Source of the DNA: Sminthopsis crassicaudata
Taxonomy: Eukaryota
DNA length: 64,000 nt
Direction: 5' to 3'
Assembly: GCF_048593235.1 (NCBI RefSeq)
Contig: NC_133618.1
Coordinates: 660,374,361-660,438,360 of the forward strand
A model generated the notes under the pieces. The model did no database searches, had not been told where the DNA came from, and saw only the letters and a program-made list of their open reading frames with translations. Shown piece by piece: positions 38,701-52,110 of the stretch. Position 1 is the stretch's first letter; every line of letters starts with the position of its first letter. The position numbers were made by a program, and so were the translations under genes.

Positions 38701-39560
38701 GCAACACTCTTCCCTAGATGGCAAGTAATTCATTATATGTTAAACATGTGCAAGTATATATATATTTCCACAATTATCATGCTGCACAATAAAAATCAGA
38801 TCAAAAAGGAGAAAAAAATGAGAAAGAGAACAAAATGCAAGCAAACACACAAAAAGTGAAAATACTATGTTGTGATCCACACTCAGTCCCCACATTTCTC
38901 TCTCTGGGTGCTCTCTTCCTCATAAGACTGATGTGAGTTAAAGATACCTTTCTAATTCCTAGCCCCATGAATCCCAATGGGAGATATCTGGGCTTTCCCA
39001 GCCCCCACCAGAGCTGAGCTAACTTGGGCTGTCCCAGCCCCCACTCTAATGATCTGCTCAGGTTTTACCAACCCCCAACCTCAGCACAAACAGTTCCTTA
39101 TCTAAAAAACCCATTGAATTCTATTCAATTCTAACCCTGGCTGAAACCAGCCAGAAGCCTGGGACTCCACCCACCTTCAAGATTACCAAAAGCCCCCATT
39201 ATAAAAAGGGGAAGCCTGGAGCCTTATGTGGACCATGCCAAAGGTTCCTGTCTGCCTGGCGCCAGCTCTGGCCCTGGCGACTACTTTTACCCTTACTTCC
39301 AAACCCCAAATAAACCCCTCTTATTAATCTAGGTTTTCAGATCTGTAAATTCTTTTACAGGGGACTCTGCGCCACTACTAGACCTCATTTAACTTTGTAT
39401 CCTTGCGCCCAATCCAAAGGGGTTGCAGGGGAGCTCTATTTGACCCCGAACCTGCCATTAGACTTTAATTAACCCTAATTTCATCCAGGTACCCCTTACC
39501 TAATTCTCATCAAGACCACTGGAACTAGCCAGAATCACCTAGCTGTTGAAAAGAGCCACA
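38700..39560 (-). mobile_element. L1 3' fragment split by an LTR
   Basis: L1 3' UTR stops at 38928 and resumes at 39517. Confidence 0.75.
38929..39512 (+). mobile_element. Solo LTR nested in the L1 fragment
   Basis: TGATG...CATCA ends with 4-bp TSD AGAC; TATAAAAA and AATAAA present. Confidence 0.88.
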
Positions 39561-40089
39561 AATTGACAAAATTTTAACAATGCTGAAGATAAAATGAAAA
39601 TCATTTGACTAAGTTACAGACTTTTTCAAATATCTGCAGACTTCTAAAGAACAATCACTACATTTATCATTTAAATGCAGTATAGACAGTCTATTTCACA
39701 TTTTGATTACATTCCAAATAGTCCTAGTGAATCTTATTGTTTTCAAATTATGCTTTCTAATAGCATTTCTAGCTTTCCACTATCTGCTGTCTTGTTTACC
39801 AAACCCAAATGAAGTCTTTGACAAACTGGAGAACACACATTTGAATATTTAAGAAGACCATTAATGAGGGGAAGAGTACCACTTATGCTTTCCAGATAAA
39901 TGTTTCTACTATATGATTGCTCTCATTCAATCAATCACAACATTCTAAACAAAGAGGCTTTAACCTCCTAATGTTATAAATGTCTCACATTCTTTTTATC
40001 ATTCTTGAATATTAGCATTACTTATATATATTTGCCAAAATGATAATGCAAGAAGACACTTATAAAGACAGCATTAATTTAAAACAATC

Positions 40090-40275
40090 TTATGAATTTA
40101 AAAATAAAGACAAAACATTCAAGATGACAAAGTTAGACAATCCACCCCAAATGTTCATTTGGACTATTTGTGTCCGACCTGTGGCAGAGCATTGCAAGCT
40201 TATATTGGTTTAATCAGCTACACTCAGAAATACTAACTTGACTCTAACATGAGCATGAAGGACAACAACCAACTA
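40090..40275 (+). mobile_element. RTE LINE 3' end
   Basis: C-terminal zinc-finger relic CPTCGRALQAYIGLISY and a gaaggacaacaacc tail. Confidence 0.7.
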
Positions 40276-41499
40276 ATCTGCTGCTACCAGAATAAAGGGA
40301 TCTGATATATATATATTTAAAATCAGAAAGACTTGGGATTCAGATCCAGCCTCTGATACATACAGGCTATTTGACCAAAAGCAAATCATTTCACCTCAGA
40401 GCCCCAGCCAATGCACTAAGATTATAAATTACAAAGAGATTGTTGATCTGCATCAAGGAAAGGAATTTCAGGCTGGGGATTTCCCAACACCAATGTAAGC
40501 ACAGATCAGAACAACAATTATAGCAAACGGTGCTTTGGGCACCTTTTTCTTCATGAAGCTTTCCTTGAGTCACCCCATTATAATTGCTTTTTCTCCATCT
40601 GAATCTTTCATGCCTCTGTCTTTGGACCTTTCTATTAACTTACCAACCATTAGAATCATTAGAATATAACCAATTGTATTCTAATTATCCGTATTTATCA
40701 TATTTCCTTCCTAGACTGCAAGTTCTTTGGAGGCAAAAGACTAGGCGCTATCTTGAAATCCCACTCACTAATATAGCAAACCTTACATATAGTATGTGTT
40801 TAATAAATGTTATTTGAAGTTGAGAAATATAATTGACTGGCATGTTGGGCTTGTAACTGACAGCAAAAGCATCAGAAAACTTTAAAAAAACTCACTAGGG
40901 GAGCTTGGGAGGTATTTGTCTGGGAGTTTAGATTTGCTACTCAGTTGCATAGATAATAACGGCCAACATTTATAGCAGTTCTCTAAGGGCTACAAAGCAC
41001 TTTGTCTACAATATCTCATTTAAGGCTTACAATAATTCTGTGAAGTAGGTTCAATGGCTATTTCTGGAAAACTGAGGACTAAAGAGGTAACACATATCTG
41101 GCAGTGTCAATATTTGAACCTAGATTTTCTGAATTCTCATCCAGTGCCCTATACCAACCTCCCGTCAGCTGAAACCATGGGAACAGAAAAATTGACAAAG
41201 GAATGGACAAAATAAGGGGAGAAGCCTTATGTACATTTAGGGGTCAGAAAGAAGAGAGTCTAGACAGAGGAAGGCAGGAGAGTGTGGTTTATTGGGGAAA
41301 AAAGAGATGAGGGACGTTGTCATTGCTAGCTTTTTATCCCCACTGGCAGAAAGAGATGGTTGCAGATGGGTTAAGGAAAAAGATGTAACAACACCCCTGG
41401 GCATCCTAAATTTCACTTCCTGTACTGTGATCTCCTGATCAGTTTCACCCTTCCAGTAGGAAGTTTGCTCTTTGCAGAGACCTGCTCTGGGTTGATTTT

Positions 41500-41984
41500 G
41501 TATGCCAGTCCTTAGCATGGATGGGTTTTGATTGCAGTCCTTTGCTCTTAAAAAGGATCTCTCTTTCTCTCCCCTACCCCTCCCCTTGTCCTTCCCTCCT
41601 CCTCCTTCTCCTCCCTCCCTCCCTCTCTCTCTCTCTCATATTTGGATGGGATTGAGTCCAGGACCACTCCTATTTCTATCCAACTCTATGGAGTTCGAGA
41701 TTACTCCATGGACACTCATTCATTCCGAAAATCTCTCTGATTCCAACTCAAACTACCTCCCTCCCCCCCTAGCCACAGTTTTAATTATAAACTGCGCTCT
41801 GCCCGCTGAGAAGACATTCTCTTTTCAGCATTACTCCCTCTCTCGTTTCCCTCACGTGACCTTGCTCCCCGCCACTAAGAAAGTCAGCCTGCAAACGCGG
41901 AATTCTCGGTTCTAATAAACTTCTTTTGCCAGTTTAACTTTTCAGGTTCATTTGGGAAGGAGCACTGGCCAGAAGGTTCCCACA
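41500..41984 (+). mobile_element. Probable solo LTR abutting the COX5A CpG island (5' bound uncertain)
   Basis: TATAAA at 41786-41791, AATAAA at 41914-41919, ends TTCCCACA. Confidence 0.6.
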
Positions 41985-42329
41985 CCTCCCTGCGCCGCGC
42001 TGACCGTAGAGTCCGGCTGCAGTGTGGGCGGCCGGGAGCTCCGTCCCAGACCAGGCGCACTCCCCAAGAACATCAGGCGCGCTTCTCTAACCGCACATCC
42101 TGGCATTTCTGCTTGGCACACAGGACGCTTTACTCACTGAATTAAATCTGACTAGCTTTCTTGGCCTTTGTTTTTACAGATGGGAAAACTGAGGACCAGA
42201 GAAGGGAGGGGATCTGATCAAGGTCACACAATCATCTCTAAAGGGAGACACCGCCGGCTTCCCAAGGTAGACTTTAGGGGAGACTCCATAGCCTCATAGA
42301 CTAATTGGCATCCGAGAGTGTAACAATCC

Positions 42330-43990
42330 AACCACGTGGGGGCGCAGCCTGGACGGAACTAAGTCAGGGGGCGTGGCCTCATGCTCAACTCACCCGGCTG
42401 GGGGGAGGGGGGATTAAAGAGAGTTCTTAACACAGACTGAGCAAGTCAAGAAACTGCCATAGAGTATGCCATGCTAGAGAGAACCTGGAGATAGCTCCCG
42501 GTGGCCCGGATACAGGCCTTAGCTCCCGAGGTTGGAGCGAGGGCGCCTCCTGGTGGCCTCGCGGCCTTTTCTCTTCCTTTGGGGGAAACGCCTTCCGTCT
42601 CCTCTTTCCGTCCCCTCCTCCCGCTCGCCCTCTGGCCGCCCTCGTTGCAAGATGGCTGCGGCCAGTCACGAGGTCCAACCAAACAGAATGTGGTTTGTCC
42701 TCCAGGCGCCGCCGTAGCCCCGCCTCCTCCCTCTACCCACCCCTTCTTGGCGGCCTCGTGGCGTCCGCAGACACCTGCCTCCAGAGCGCGCGCGCACGCG
42801 CGTCGCAGGGACTGGCTCGCGCCCACGCCCGCCCGCCCGCCCCGTCGGTTCCCCCTGGGCGCGCTCGGTGCCAGCCTCCCCCGCGCGCATGCGCCGCGCG
42901 CCCTCTCGCGCTCCTCAGCCTAGGTCCTGAGCAGTCGGCAGTCAGTGGCTCGGTCGGTCCGTCGCCTTCGCCCGCTGTCACCATGCTGGCCGCCGCTCTC
43001 CGCCGCTGTTCCGCTTCAGTGCGGGTCCTGCTGCCGAAGCCGGGAGCTGCAGCCCCTTCTTCCCTGTCGTCCTCTTCTCCCGCCGCTGCCGGTAAGGAGC
43101 CGGCCCGCGCGGCCCCGCGTCCTTGCGGTGACCCGAGCCGCGGCCTAGCGGCGTCCAGGCCCATCCAAGAACGACTCCGGGCCCTCGGCCCGCGCTCTCC
43201 GCCCGCCCTTCCTGGGTCAGGGGCTCCCCGCGAGGGGCGCGGGCCGGGACGGTCTGGCTGCCCGGCCCGGCCCGGAGGCGCTCCAGGGCGCCGAAGGTGA
43301 CATTGAATGTCTCGGCGCCGGCAGGGCGGGGCGGGCGCTGCGGGAGGGCCCAGGGATCGCGCGTCCTCGGGGGCACCTTGGTCTGACCTCGGCGACCTCG
43401 GGCCGGAGCCCCGCGGCTTCCCCGCTTGGGGATACCCGGGCTGGTTCTGAGGTGTCGGAGTTCTCACTGAACCTCACATCCTCACTGAACCGGGGGTCCG
43501 GAAACTCGGGCAAGATGTCGCTGTTCTCTCTAACTTATAGCCATGAGATGCAGTGCTGCTTTCCGTGGTGGTTCTCTTGTTTTTAAAGTATTTTGGGGAG
43601 CGGGGAGGGTTTACCGGGCTGCGGGAGGGGGTGCGGATAGCTCAGGCTCCGGTCCGAAACGACCCGCGTCACCTGGTGATTGCAAATGTTAGCAAGAGCA
43701 CCGCGTTACTGGAAACGGCGGAGGCGTGGGCTGAGTGGCCGGAGACCCCGAGGGCCAGCTTTGCAGATGCCCCGAGTGGTCCCGGTCCCTTTGCTCATGA
43801 AAACTTAAGGGAGGAAGCAGCGTGGATGAGCGGACTCGGGTCCCCTAGGGCTGCGTTCCAGACCTCTGGCAAGGAAGCCGCTTTGTCTGCCCCGGTATCC
43901 AATCACTCAGCGTTGATTAACTAGTATTTGACCTATCAGAGGTTCTGTGAGAGGGGCTGCGGGTATGGGTGCGATACAACCACTTCCTTG
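42330..43990. promoter_or_regulatory. COX5A: COX5A CpG-island promoter
   Basis: High CpG; Sp/KLF GGGGCGTGGC ~42368-42377; YY1-like CAAGATGGCTG at 42648-42658; NRF-1 consensus CGCGCACGCGCG at 42791-42802 and palindrome GCGCATGCGC at 42885-42894. Confidence 0.85.
42983..43091 (+). CDS. COX5A: COX5A exon 1 (mitochondrial presequence)
   Basis: Kozak ACCATGC; MLAAALRRCSASVRVLLPKPGAAAPSSLSSSSPAAA; donor G|GTAAGG, phase 1. Confidence 0.95.
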
Positions 43991-44012
43991 CAAAGAATTG
44001 TCGTTCTAATGG

Positions 44013-44152
44013 NNNNNNNNNNNNNNNNNNNNNNNNNNNNNNNNNNNNNNNNNNNNNNNNNNNNNNNNNNNNNNNNNNNNNNNNNNNNNNNNNNNNNNNN
44101 NNNNNNNNNNNNNNNNNNNNNNNNNNNNNNNNNNNNNNNNNNNNNNNNNNNN
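44013..44152. other. Assembly gap (140 N)
   Basis: N run. Confidence 0.99.
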
Positions 44153-47100
44153 CCACAGCGAGTTTTGTCAAGTCACCACTGGCTTCCCGAACGCAGGGAC
44201 AATGCTGAGTGTCCGGGTTGGGGGTAGGGGGGAGAGGCAGTTTCTAGGCAAAGACACTGCAGGGGGTTCCCTGTCCCATCTTCAGGAAATGAGGGCAAAC
44301 CGGTGAAGTGCTTTGCCCGCGTTCACCCAGAGGTGCGATTTGCACTGTCCTCGGAACAAAGTGAATCTCTCTGGGAAGGGCACTAGCCTTGGGGTCAGGA
44401 AAGAAGGTTTACAGATGATGCAGCTGCTTTAGCTGCAGCTAAAAGAAAAGCAATTCTTGAGACCAAGGTAAGAAAGCAGTTGGTACCTGAACAGTGGCAG
44501 AGGAAGTGCATCAGGCCCGAAGAGTCTTGAGGGACCAAGAAAAGGCCATTTAGGTGATCCTAAAAAATTTGCAGTTGAGAGAGTTGTGCTCTGCAGTGCC
44601 TGGGACAATTTCAGTTTATGTTGAGAAACCCGACTAATTGCTTTGCTAATTCTTGTTTTATTATCTTCAATAATGTTACTCTTGTATTACCCTGGGAAGG
44701 TTTTGTGGCACTGCACTTTAATCCTAGAATCCCTTTGGTAATGTTACATTATGAAATTAGGCACTTAAGGTTCTGAGTTTAAATGCTTCCATCTGTAACA
44801 ACTGTTTTTGGTTTTGTTTTTTTTTGCAGGGGGAGGGGGGACCTGTAGTTTTTAAAGGATTAAAGTTTGTATTGTCACTGTCTGGAAACTTTAAATTCTC
44901 CTGTATTTTTTGTTGTGTGTGAATTGACATAATATGCTCAGTGATTTTCCAATCATTTTAGGGTTTTTCTGTATCTTATTTGTCCAGCTTTGTGATCCTC
45001 TATGCAAACTCCATATTGATATATTTAAAGAGCACTCTTATTAGAATACATTTAAATTTTGAGGAAGGTTTTTATAATACCAGTTGGAAAGGATTATTTT
45101 AGACTAGTGTCAGAAAAGAGGATTTGAAAAGCCATGTAGTGATCCTAATTTTTATTATGAAAATTAATTGTGTATTTATACCATTTCATCATTTCTCTAA
45201 TGATTCCATTTCAGTTTCAGGCCTTTCCTTCCTATCAGTTCCTCCTGCCAGAGTCATTTATAAATGCATATTGTATTCCAAGCTATGGGGAAATCTTCCT
45301 CCTGAACCCACTTTGAAAACATTTACATTTTACATTGAATGAAAAAAAAAGGATTTTTCTATTGGAAATAAATCTTTAAAATAGAAATGTGCAATTTAAA
45401 TAGTTCTGATGAGAGTAAAACTATATCTTGAGTGAGCCCTGTAAAATTATGTAAAATCATCAACAAAATGTCTCCTTTGATCTACAAATCCATATGGTCT
45501 TGCATCCTCTGGAGCAAGGTAAGCTTTCTTGGAGGAAGTCATGCTCTCTGGCAAGATTTCACATCTTCAAATCCCAGGCAAAATATGGCTTGGAAACCCT
45601 GAATAGTTTGACAGCAAGGATGCTGAAACAGTGAGGTCTCAAAGTTGCTTACTTAAATTATTTTGAAGCTGTAGGAAATAACTTGATCATAGAATCTGAA
45701 ACTAGAATGATAATGTAAAACTTATGATTCATATTAGAACTCAGAAAAGAATTTAAGGGATCTCAGTATTCTACTTTTTGTTGGGGATGAGGAGAGGTTG
45801 GTATTGGGGGTGTTAGGAGAAATATAAAGTAACAACTTCTGTTAATATGTTAAGTTCTTTCAGTCAAAGGTATTAACAAGACCTTATAGTCTGTCCTATG
45901 AGATTTGAAGGTGACTTAATAATGTTCTTTATATCTAACACAGCTGTGAGTTTTTGCTGAGATGGGGGGGAGGGTCATACCTAGGTGTGCTATGTTCTAA
46001 GCAGGCTAGTTATAAAACCTGTTAATGGTGAACTTCATTCTATTTGTAAGATGAAGGTATCCTAAAAGAAATTCACTATTAAAATGGAAGAGGGGGGCAC
46101 TAAGGGAATCTCAGAATTTCTGTCCTGACTTTATTATTTAATTGACTGACCTGGAGCAGGTCACTTTATTTCCAAACCTATAACATGGGAATAACAATGC
46201 TTATATTGCCTATTCCATAGGCCTTGGGACACTACTAAGAGGAAAGGGGTTATAGACTTAAAGCATTATGTGAAACTGAGTAATTTTTCATAGTTAGCAT
46301 TGAAGGAAAAGTTGTGTACATTTATTTTTCTAGGTAGAAGAGCACAGTAAGAGAAAAGAAGTGAGTGTGGAGGCATGATGGTTTTATTGCATTGAAAATC
46401 CTTGAAGAATAGGAGCTTCTGACAGTACATTAAAGTTCTATGCTATGTTAGCTTTTGCCTTAATATGAGTGACATGGTAAGCGCCTTGGATTTGGATCAA
46501 GCTGAGGATCTGTCATAAAGTGACTTTGGTCAGGTCACTTTACACCCAGAGCTAAGCCCAGATTTTCTTATCTTAATGATTTCTCTAATTTTAATAACTA
46601 TAGGAGTACTAGGAAGGACAATTAAAATAATTACAAGCCACTAGTCAAGAGTATTATAGAAGAAATTTAAGAATTTGAATAACTTCCAACTCAGAAATTT
46701 TGCATTTTATAAAGCCTTTACTAAATTTGTGGAGAACCATTTTTTATTGAACAAAACTACTGAAATGTTTTTCTATGTGGGAGTACATATAACTTTTTAT
46801 ACCATAACTGGACTCATGTAACAGTATTTTATCTAGTTTGGCTCCAATGTTGGGAATATATATATAATTTTTAAAGGAAAAAGGTAATGAAAGATCCATT
46901 TTGTTCATAACAAAGATATTTTCATTAATTTAAGATGTAGATTTTTAATGTATGCTTATTTCTGCAGTTTCTTCTGTCTACAAGTAGGAAATAGTTATAA
47001 ATTGCCTTGTTCAAATAACAACAGATCAGTTTCAGTACCAACAGGGGCCTTGAAGGTCAGTTAATTTAATGGATACCTGAAGAATAACTTTTTTTCAAAC

Positions 47101-50052
47101 ACACAAATTTATTGATTATTTTGGTTCAGGACAAGATACCACATGGTATAAGTACTAAATTCTATCCCTAACTATTAGAGCTGTATGTTACATTACATTT
47201 GAATAGCTTTGGCATCTTTTCCTACATATAATTTTATTTGACTTTTAGATAGTCTGAGATACATTCTAGGTACATATTAAAATGAATATAATGGAACTTC
47301 CTTTAAAAAGCTGATGTGAGTAGCTGTGTGGTAGTATCTAGGGATGGTTTTTAAACACTTTAAAAATCACGATTGTAAAGAAGTCTTTTGCATGTTGTCA
47401 GTTTATCCCAGTCAACGTAATAAACGATAGAATATGGAAAGTTACATTGTAAAGATGAAACTCCCTGGGAGAAAAGCACAGGTATCTACTTGTATTGCTT
47501 CTGTTACCTTAGGAAAAGTGTTGGGAGTTCTCAAGCTGACCTGCTAAGTATATTATAAACTTTCTGTGTGTTGCTTCTGTTGTATGTGTTGACATATTGT
47601 TTTTGTTAACTCTTTGCTTTTCAATTTCTCTTTTCCCTAAACGACTTTTAGTTCGTTTAGCAGAACAACTCCTCTCACATCTGGGGCCTGGGGTGGTGGA
47701 TTCATTTTGAAAAAGGTAGGAAATTTTCTCTCAGGAAGTTACCTAGACTGGTGAAAAATTATAGGTCTGGTCCCTATCCTGGTGTAGTCATGAAAAGAAC
47801 TTAGATTTGGAATCAAGGGGTCTAATTTTGAATTTCAGTTTTACAACTTATCAACTGTGATGACAGGCAAATAACTTTGCCTTCTGGACCTCTGGGTTAA
47901 AGTCTCAGCTCTGTACCAAACATTGAAATGATATTAGACAAATTTATAAGTTTGCTAACTTGCACTGGTAAACTTATTGGGGGAAAAAAAGTTCATGACC
48001 TTTTGGTCATGATCCCCTTACCCATAGTCCTTTCCAATTTACAAAATGGGATAATATGTGTAATATAGCATGTATTTTGAATATATTGTGTATATACATA
48101 TTTGTACACACACTCCTTCTGGGTTTCACCCCAACCCTATATGGAAGTGGCTAATGACACTAATATGTCTATTTATAGATGAGGAACCTGAGACCCAATG
48201 AGATGGTGTTTGCCTTATATCACAGAATTAATACATGAGAGAGTTGGGACTTAATCTGAGTCTCTTTGTGTTTAGTGCTTTTTTAATACATCATGCTGCC
48301 TAGATTTTCACTTGATAAATTTAAGTTAGTAAAAGAAAAAATTCACAAAGAATGATAAAATATTTATATTTGGTTCATTGTTTTAGTTAGGAAGCATAGT
48401 TTGTAAAACAAACTTGATTGGAACTATTTAAGGCAATATCTTTATAGATTATAATGGAGATAATTATTTTGTAAGGAAAAGCATGTTGTGTCAGGATTTA
48501 TTTGGGGCAAATTGGTATGCTATAATTGTTTAGCCAAAACACTGAATTTTTGGGTTTTTTAATGCTTTTAGTAAGATAGAACCACAAAGAAAATGCAACA
48601 CATGGTAATCTATCTTACCTGCTCTGTGGACATTTCTCTAATTGTTCATTCAAACACCTTTGTAGTTGTGACTTTGAAAGCATTGTGTAGAATCCATTTC
48701 TACACTATTTCAAAGTAAGGACAATGCCAAATGATTAGGGAAAAAACAAAATAACATTACCAACTATAAAAGAAGATCCAGGAGACTGATAAAAATGCAA
48801 AAAAAAAAAAAAAGCAATAATACGGTTTTTATACTATTTTCTGTTGTAGAAGACATCTTTATAGTTACACAGTTAAGAATAGCATAAAGACACTCCTATT
48901 GTACCTTCTCTTCTCTGCCTCCCCCCCTAGCTTTAAGAAAGTGTGTCTGGCTGTAGCATATTCATCCTTGAAAGACAGTATATTTCCAGCATAGCTCTAG
49001 CAGCAAGATACTTTGAAGAAGAGACAAGAGGTGGAATGTGCAAAGCAAGTCAAACCACTGCCACCATTTTCCTGCAGGCTGATGGGAGTGGCTTTGAACC
49101 TAAGGCCTTTAGCAATAACCATATTACCTCTTTCTAATTTATGCTCTACAGCCATGAGATGGGGGAAAGACCACTGTGGAGAAGGGGCCAGCTTTCCTTG
49201 CAACACCAACTGCCCAGCTGCCTACTTTTAGTAAGCCCTAAAACCCAGTCCTGCTTTCAAAGAGTCATATATATATATATATATATGGATGAAACCATAG
49301 AGAGAACTTCTTTTTGTTGAGCTTCTGTTTATCAGTCTCAAGATAAGTTTTAAAGTAGGCAGAAACTTTGTAAAAATGTTCACCGTGTGTTAAGGATGCT
49401 CTGCACAAATTATAGGTAGAAGTAAAGTAAGAAAGAAGGCTGAAATTATATATTTCCCCATAATGATTCTTGGAGCTAAAGGGCAATAAAGGAGGAAGAT
49501 GGGAGTGCAATCTGCCCAAGAAGATGTAGTTGACATCTTTCCTTTGAAGTATTGAAATTAGCTTTTATAGTAGATGAGTTATAAATAACTCTTGTCTTGA
49601 GAATAGATACCATTATTTGAAATCATGACTTATGTGTCTATCTGACTACACTTTCTTTGTCTCCTTTGCTAGATCTTGCTCCAGAGCACACCCTCTAACC
49701 TTTGTCCTGGCCTTTTTATTCTTAGCACTTCTCTTGGTGAGCTCATCCACTTCTAAGGACTTAATGGGCATCTCTATGCTGGTGATTCTCAAATCTACTT
49801 GCTCTCCAACCTTGATACATCTCAAAGAGAAATGTTATCTTGCATGCTATACTCTACTTCAAATTCTATCTTCCCTATTACTAAAAAAGCAACACTATCC
49901 TCTCAGCCATCCCAGGGCGGTTAATTTCACCTTTGTAACATCTCTCAAATAAGCATCACCCCTCCACTCAATAAACTGCAGTGGCTCCTTGTTGGCTCGA
50001 AGAACAAATACAAAAAATACAGTTTTGAAATCCAGAACTTCATAAACTAACC

Positions 50053-50178
50053 CAGTGGTCCTCAAACTTTTTAAATAGGGGGTCAGTTCACTGTTGGAGG
50101 GCCGAACTATAGTAAAAATAAAAGCTCACACTCTGTCTCCGCCCCTCAGACCATTTGCCATAACCCCAAGAACCTCTG
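50053..50178. mobile_element. OC1/OposCharlie1-like hAT MITE
   Basis: CAGTGGTCCTCAAACT...GAACCTCTG ends; perfect 8-bp TSD AACTAACC; inserted in an L2. Confidence 0.85.
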
Positions 50179-51030
50179 AACTAACCCCTTTCTACCTTTC
50201 TAGTTTTTTTTTAACACCTTATTCTCCTTCACATATTCTTTGGTTTGGTGAAACTAATCTCCTGGCTATTCTACAAACAAGACATTCCTATCTCTCTTTG
50301 AGGCATTTTTTCTCACTGTGCCTAAAATACTCTTCCTCTTCTGCTCTGACTCCTGACCAGCCTGACTTCCTTTAAATCCTAACTAAAATAGCATCTTCTA
50401 CAGGAAGCCTTCCCTTATCTCTTAATTCTGATTGATAAAATTAATAAATCTGTTACTAAAATTTTTCCCATTGTCTCTCCCATTCTGTTGTAAGTTCCTT
50501 GAGAGTTTTTTGCCTCTTTATATTCCCAGACCTTAGTACATTGTTTGGTACATAGTAGGCACTTTATTGTTGATTGCTCTTAAAACAAATAGTGAAATTG
50601 AGTTAAGATAATCCAAATAGTCAATAGTTATAATAAAACTATAGTTCTTAAAGTTTGGGGGTCAAAGTTTTGTATTAAGTGTTGGGGCAGCCCTGGTGGG
50701 CTGGTGACACATTCTTTTTGAACTTTTAATATTAAATGCCTATGTCATTCTCAACCATTAATATAACTCAGTTCAAGAATTAAAAATTTTTTTCCTCTTG
50801 GAAGAAGCAACAAAAATAAATTTCCATCATTAGGTCAATTTAAATTTGTTGTAATTAACAATGAATGAAATTATCAATTATCGAGTAAAGAGATTGTTCA
50901 GTAGCTGAATTGCTGATCTAAAAGTGTTCTATTATCTAGCCTCTTAAACAGCTAGTTTCTATTACTTGTCTTTTCTGATGTACTTTCTTTTCTTCACCAT
51001 TTCTTTTTAGAGTTAGATTCTACATATTTC

Positions 51031-51166
51031 CGCCGCCCCCCCCCCCCCCCCCCAGGCTGGGGTTAAGTGACTTGCCCAGGAAGCGTTAAGTGTCCAAGAT
51101 CAGATTTGAACTTGTCCTCCTGAATTCAGGGCTGGTGCTCTATCCACTGCGCCACCTAGCAGCTCT
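51031..51166 (-). mobile_element. WSINE1 with a G-rich tail
   Basis: Reverse-complement WSINE1; near-TSD gattctacatattt/gattatacatattt; C18 run at 51036-51053. Confidence 0.85.
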
Positions 51167-51852
51167 GATTATACATATTTAAATTTTTTTTGATGGCCTT
51201 TTGTTTTTATACAAGTCATTTTGGGGGAATATCCTATTCCTTTAAACCCTCTTAAGATGAAATTATTCTGTGTAACTAAGGAAAAAACTGCTAATCAAAA
51301 ACACATAGTTCAATAACTGCATCTCAATGTGGAATACACTGGTGTAGGAAGAAGGTGTGTTTCATTCTTTTCTCTAGACTATTGTTTTTTTAGTTTGGCT
51401 CTTAGTGACTGATTAATGCCTATTTTATGAAATAGTTTGAGAATCCGTTTTTAATAATTTTATGATTGGTCACTGTTTTAAAATATTTTAAATAACTATA
51501 ATACTCCAGCTCCATTTCACAAGTCAAGGGAACTGACATTTACTATTGAATTTGGGCTTCTTAAAAATAGGAAATGCAACTTATTATGTATTTCCTGGGC
51601 TTCAGCTTAGCATTCTTTCTATTAATATCATACTTACTTTTCATGTCTGTTTAGTTCGTTGTCTTCATGGTCTTTCAGGTGTTAAAATAATTGAAAGGGG
51701 AAAAATATTTTTATTCTTTTTGTTTAGGGATTGTTTATTGAAACCAAATATTTTTAAAGAATAAGGAAAAAATGTTATATTTATGTTTCCTAATTGATGT
51801 GCTTTATTACTTAAATCCATTACTTAGAAACTTTATAGTACACATGAAATAA

Positions 51853-52110
<258 letters not shown>

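Noticed and set aside
39560-40090. Possible NUMT or endogenous RNA-virus element in AT-rich sequence
   Set aside because: No similarity to mitochondrial, bornavirus or filovirus proteins that I could recognise
42427-43924. Long ORFs (up to 244 aa) around COX5A exon 1
   Set aside because: CpG-island GC bias; only 42983-43091 has COX5A homology and a valid donor
43917-44227. ORFs spanning the N run
   Set aside because: Assembly-gap artefacts
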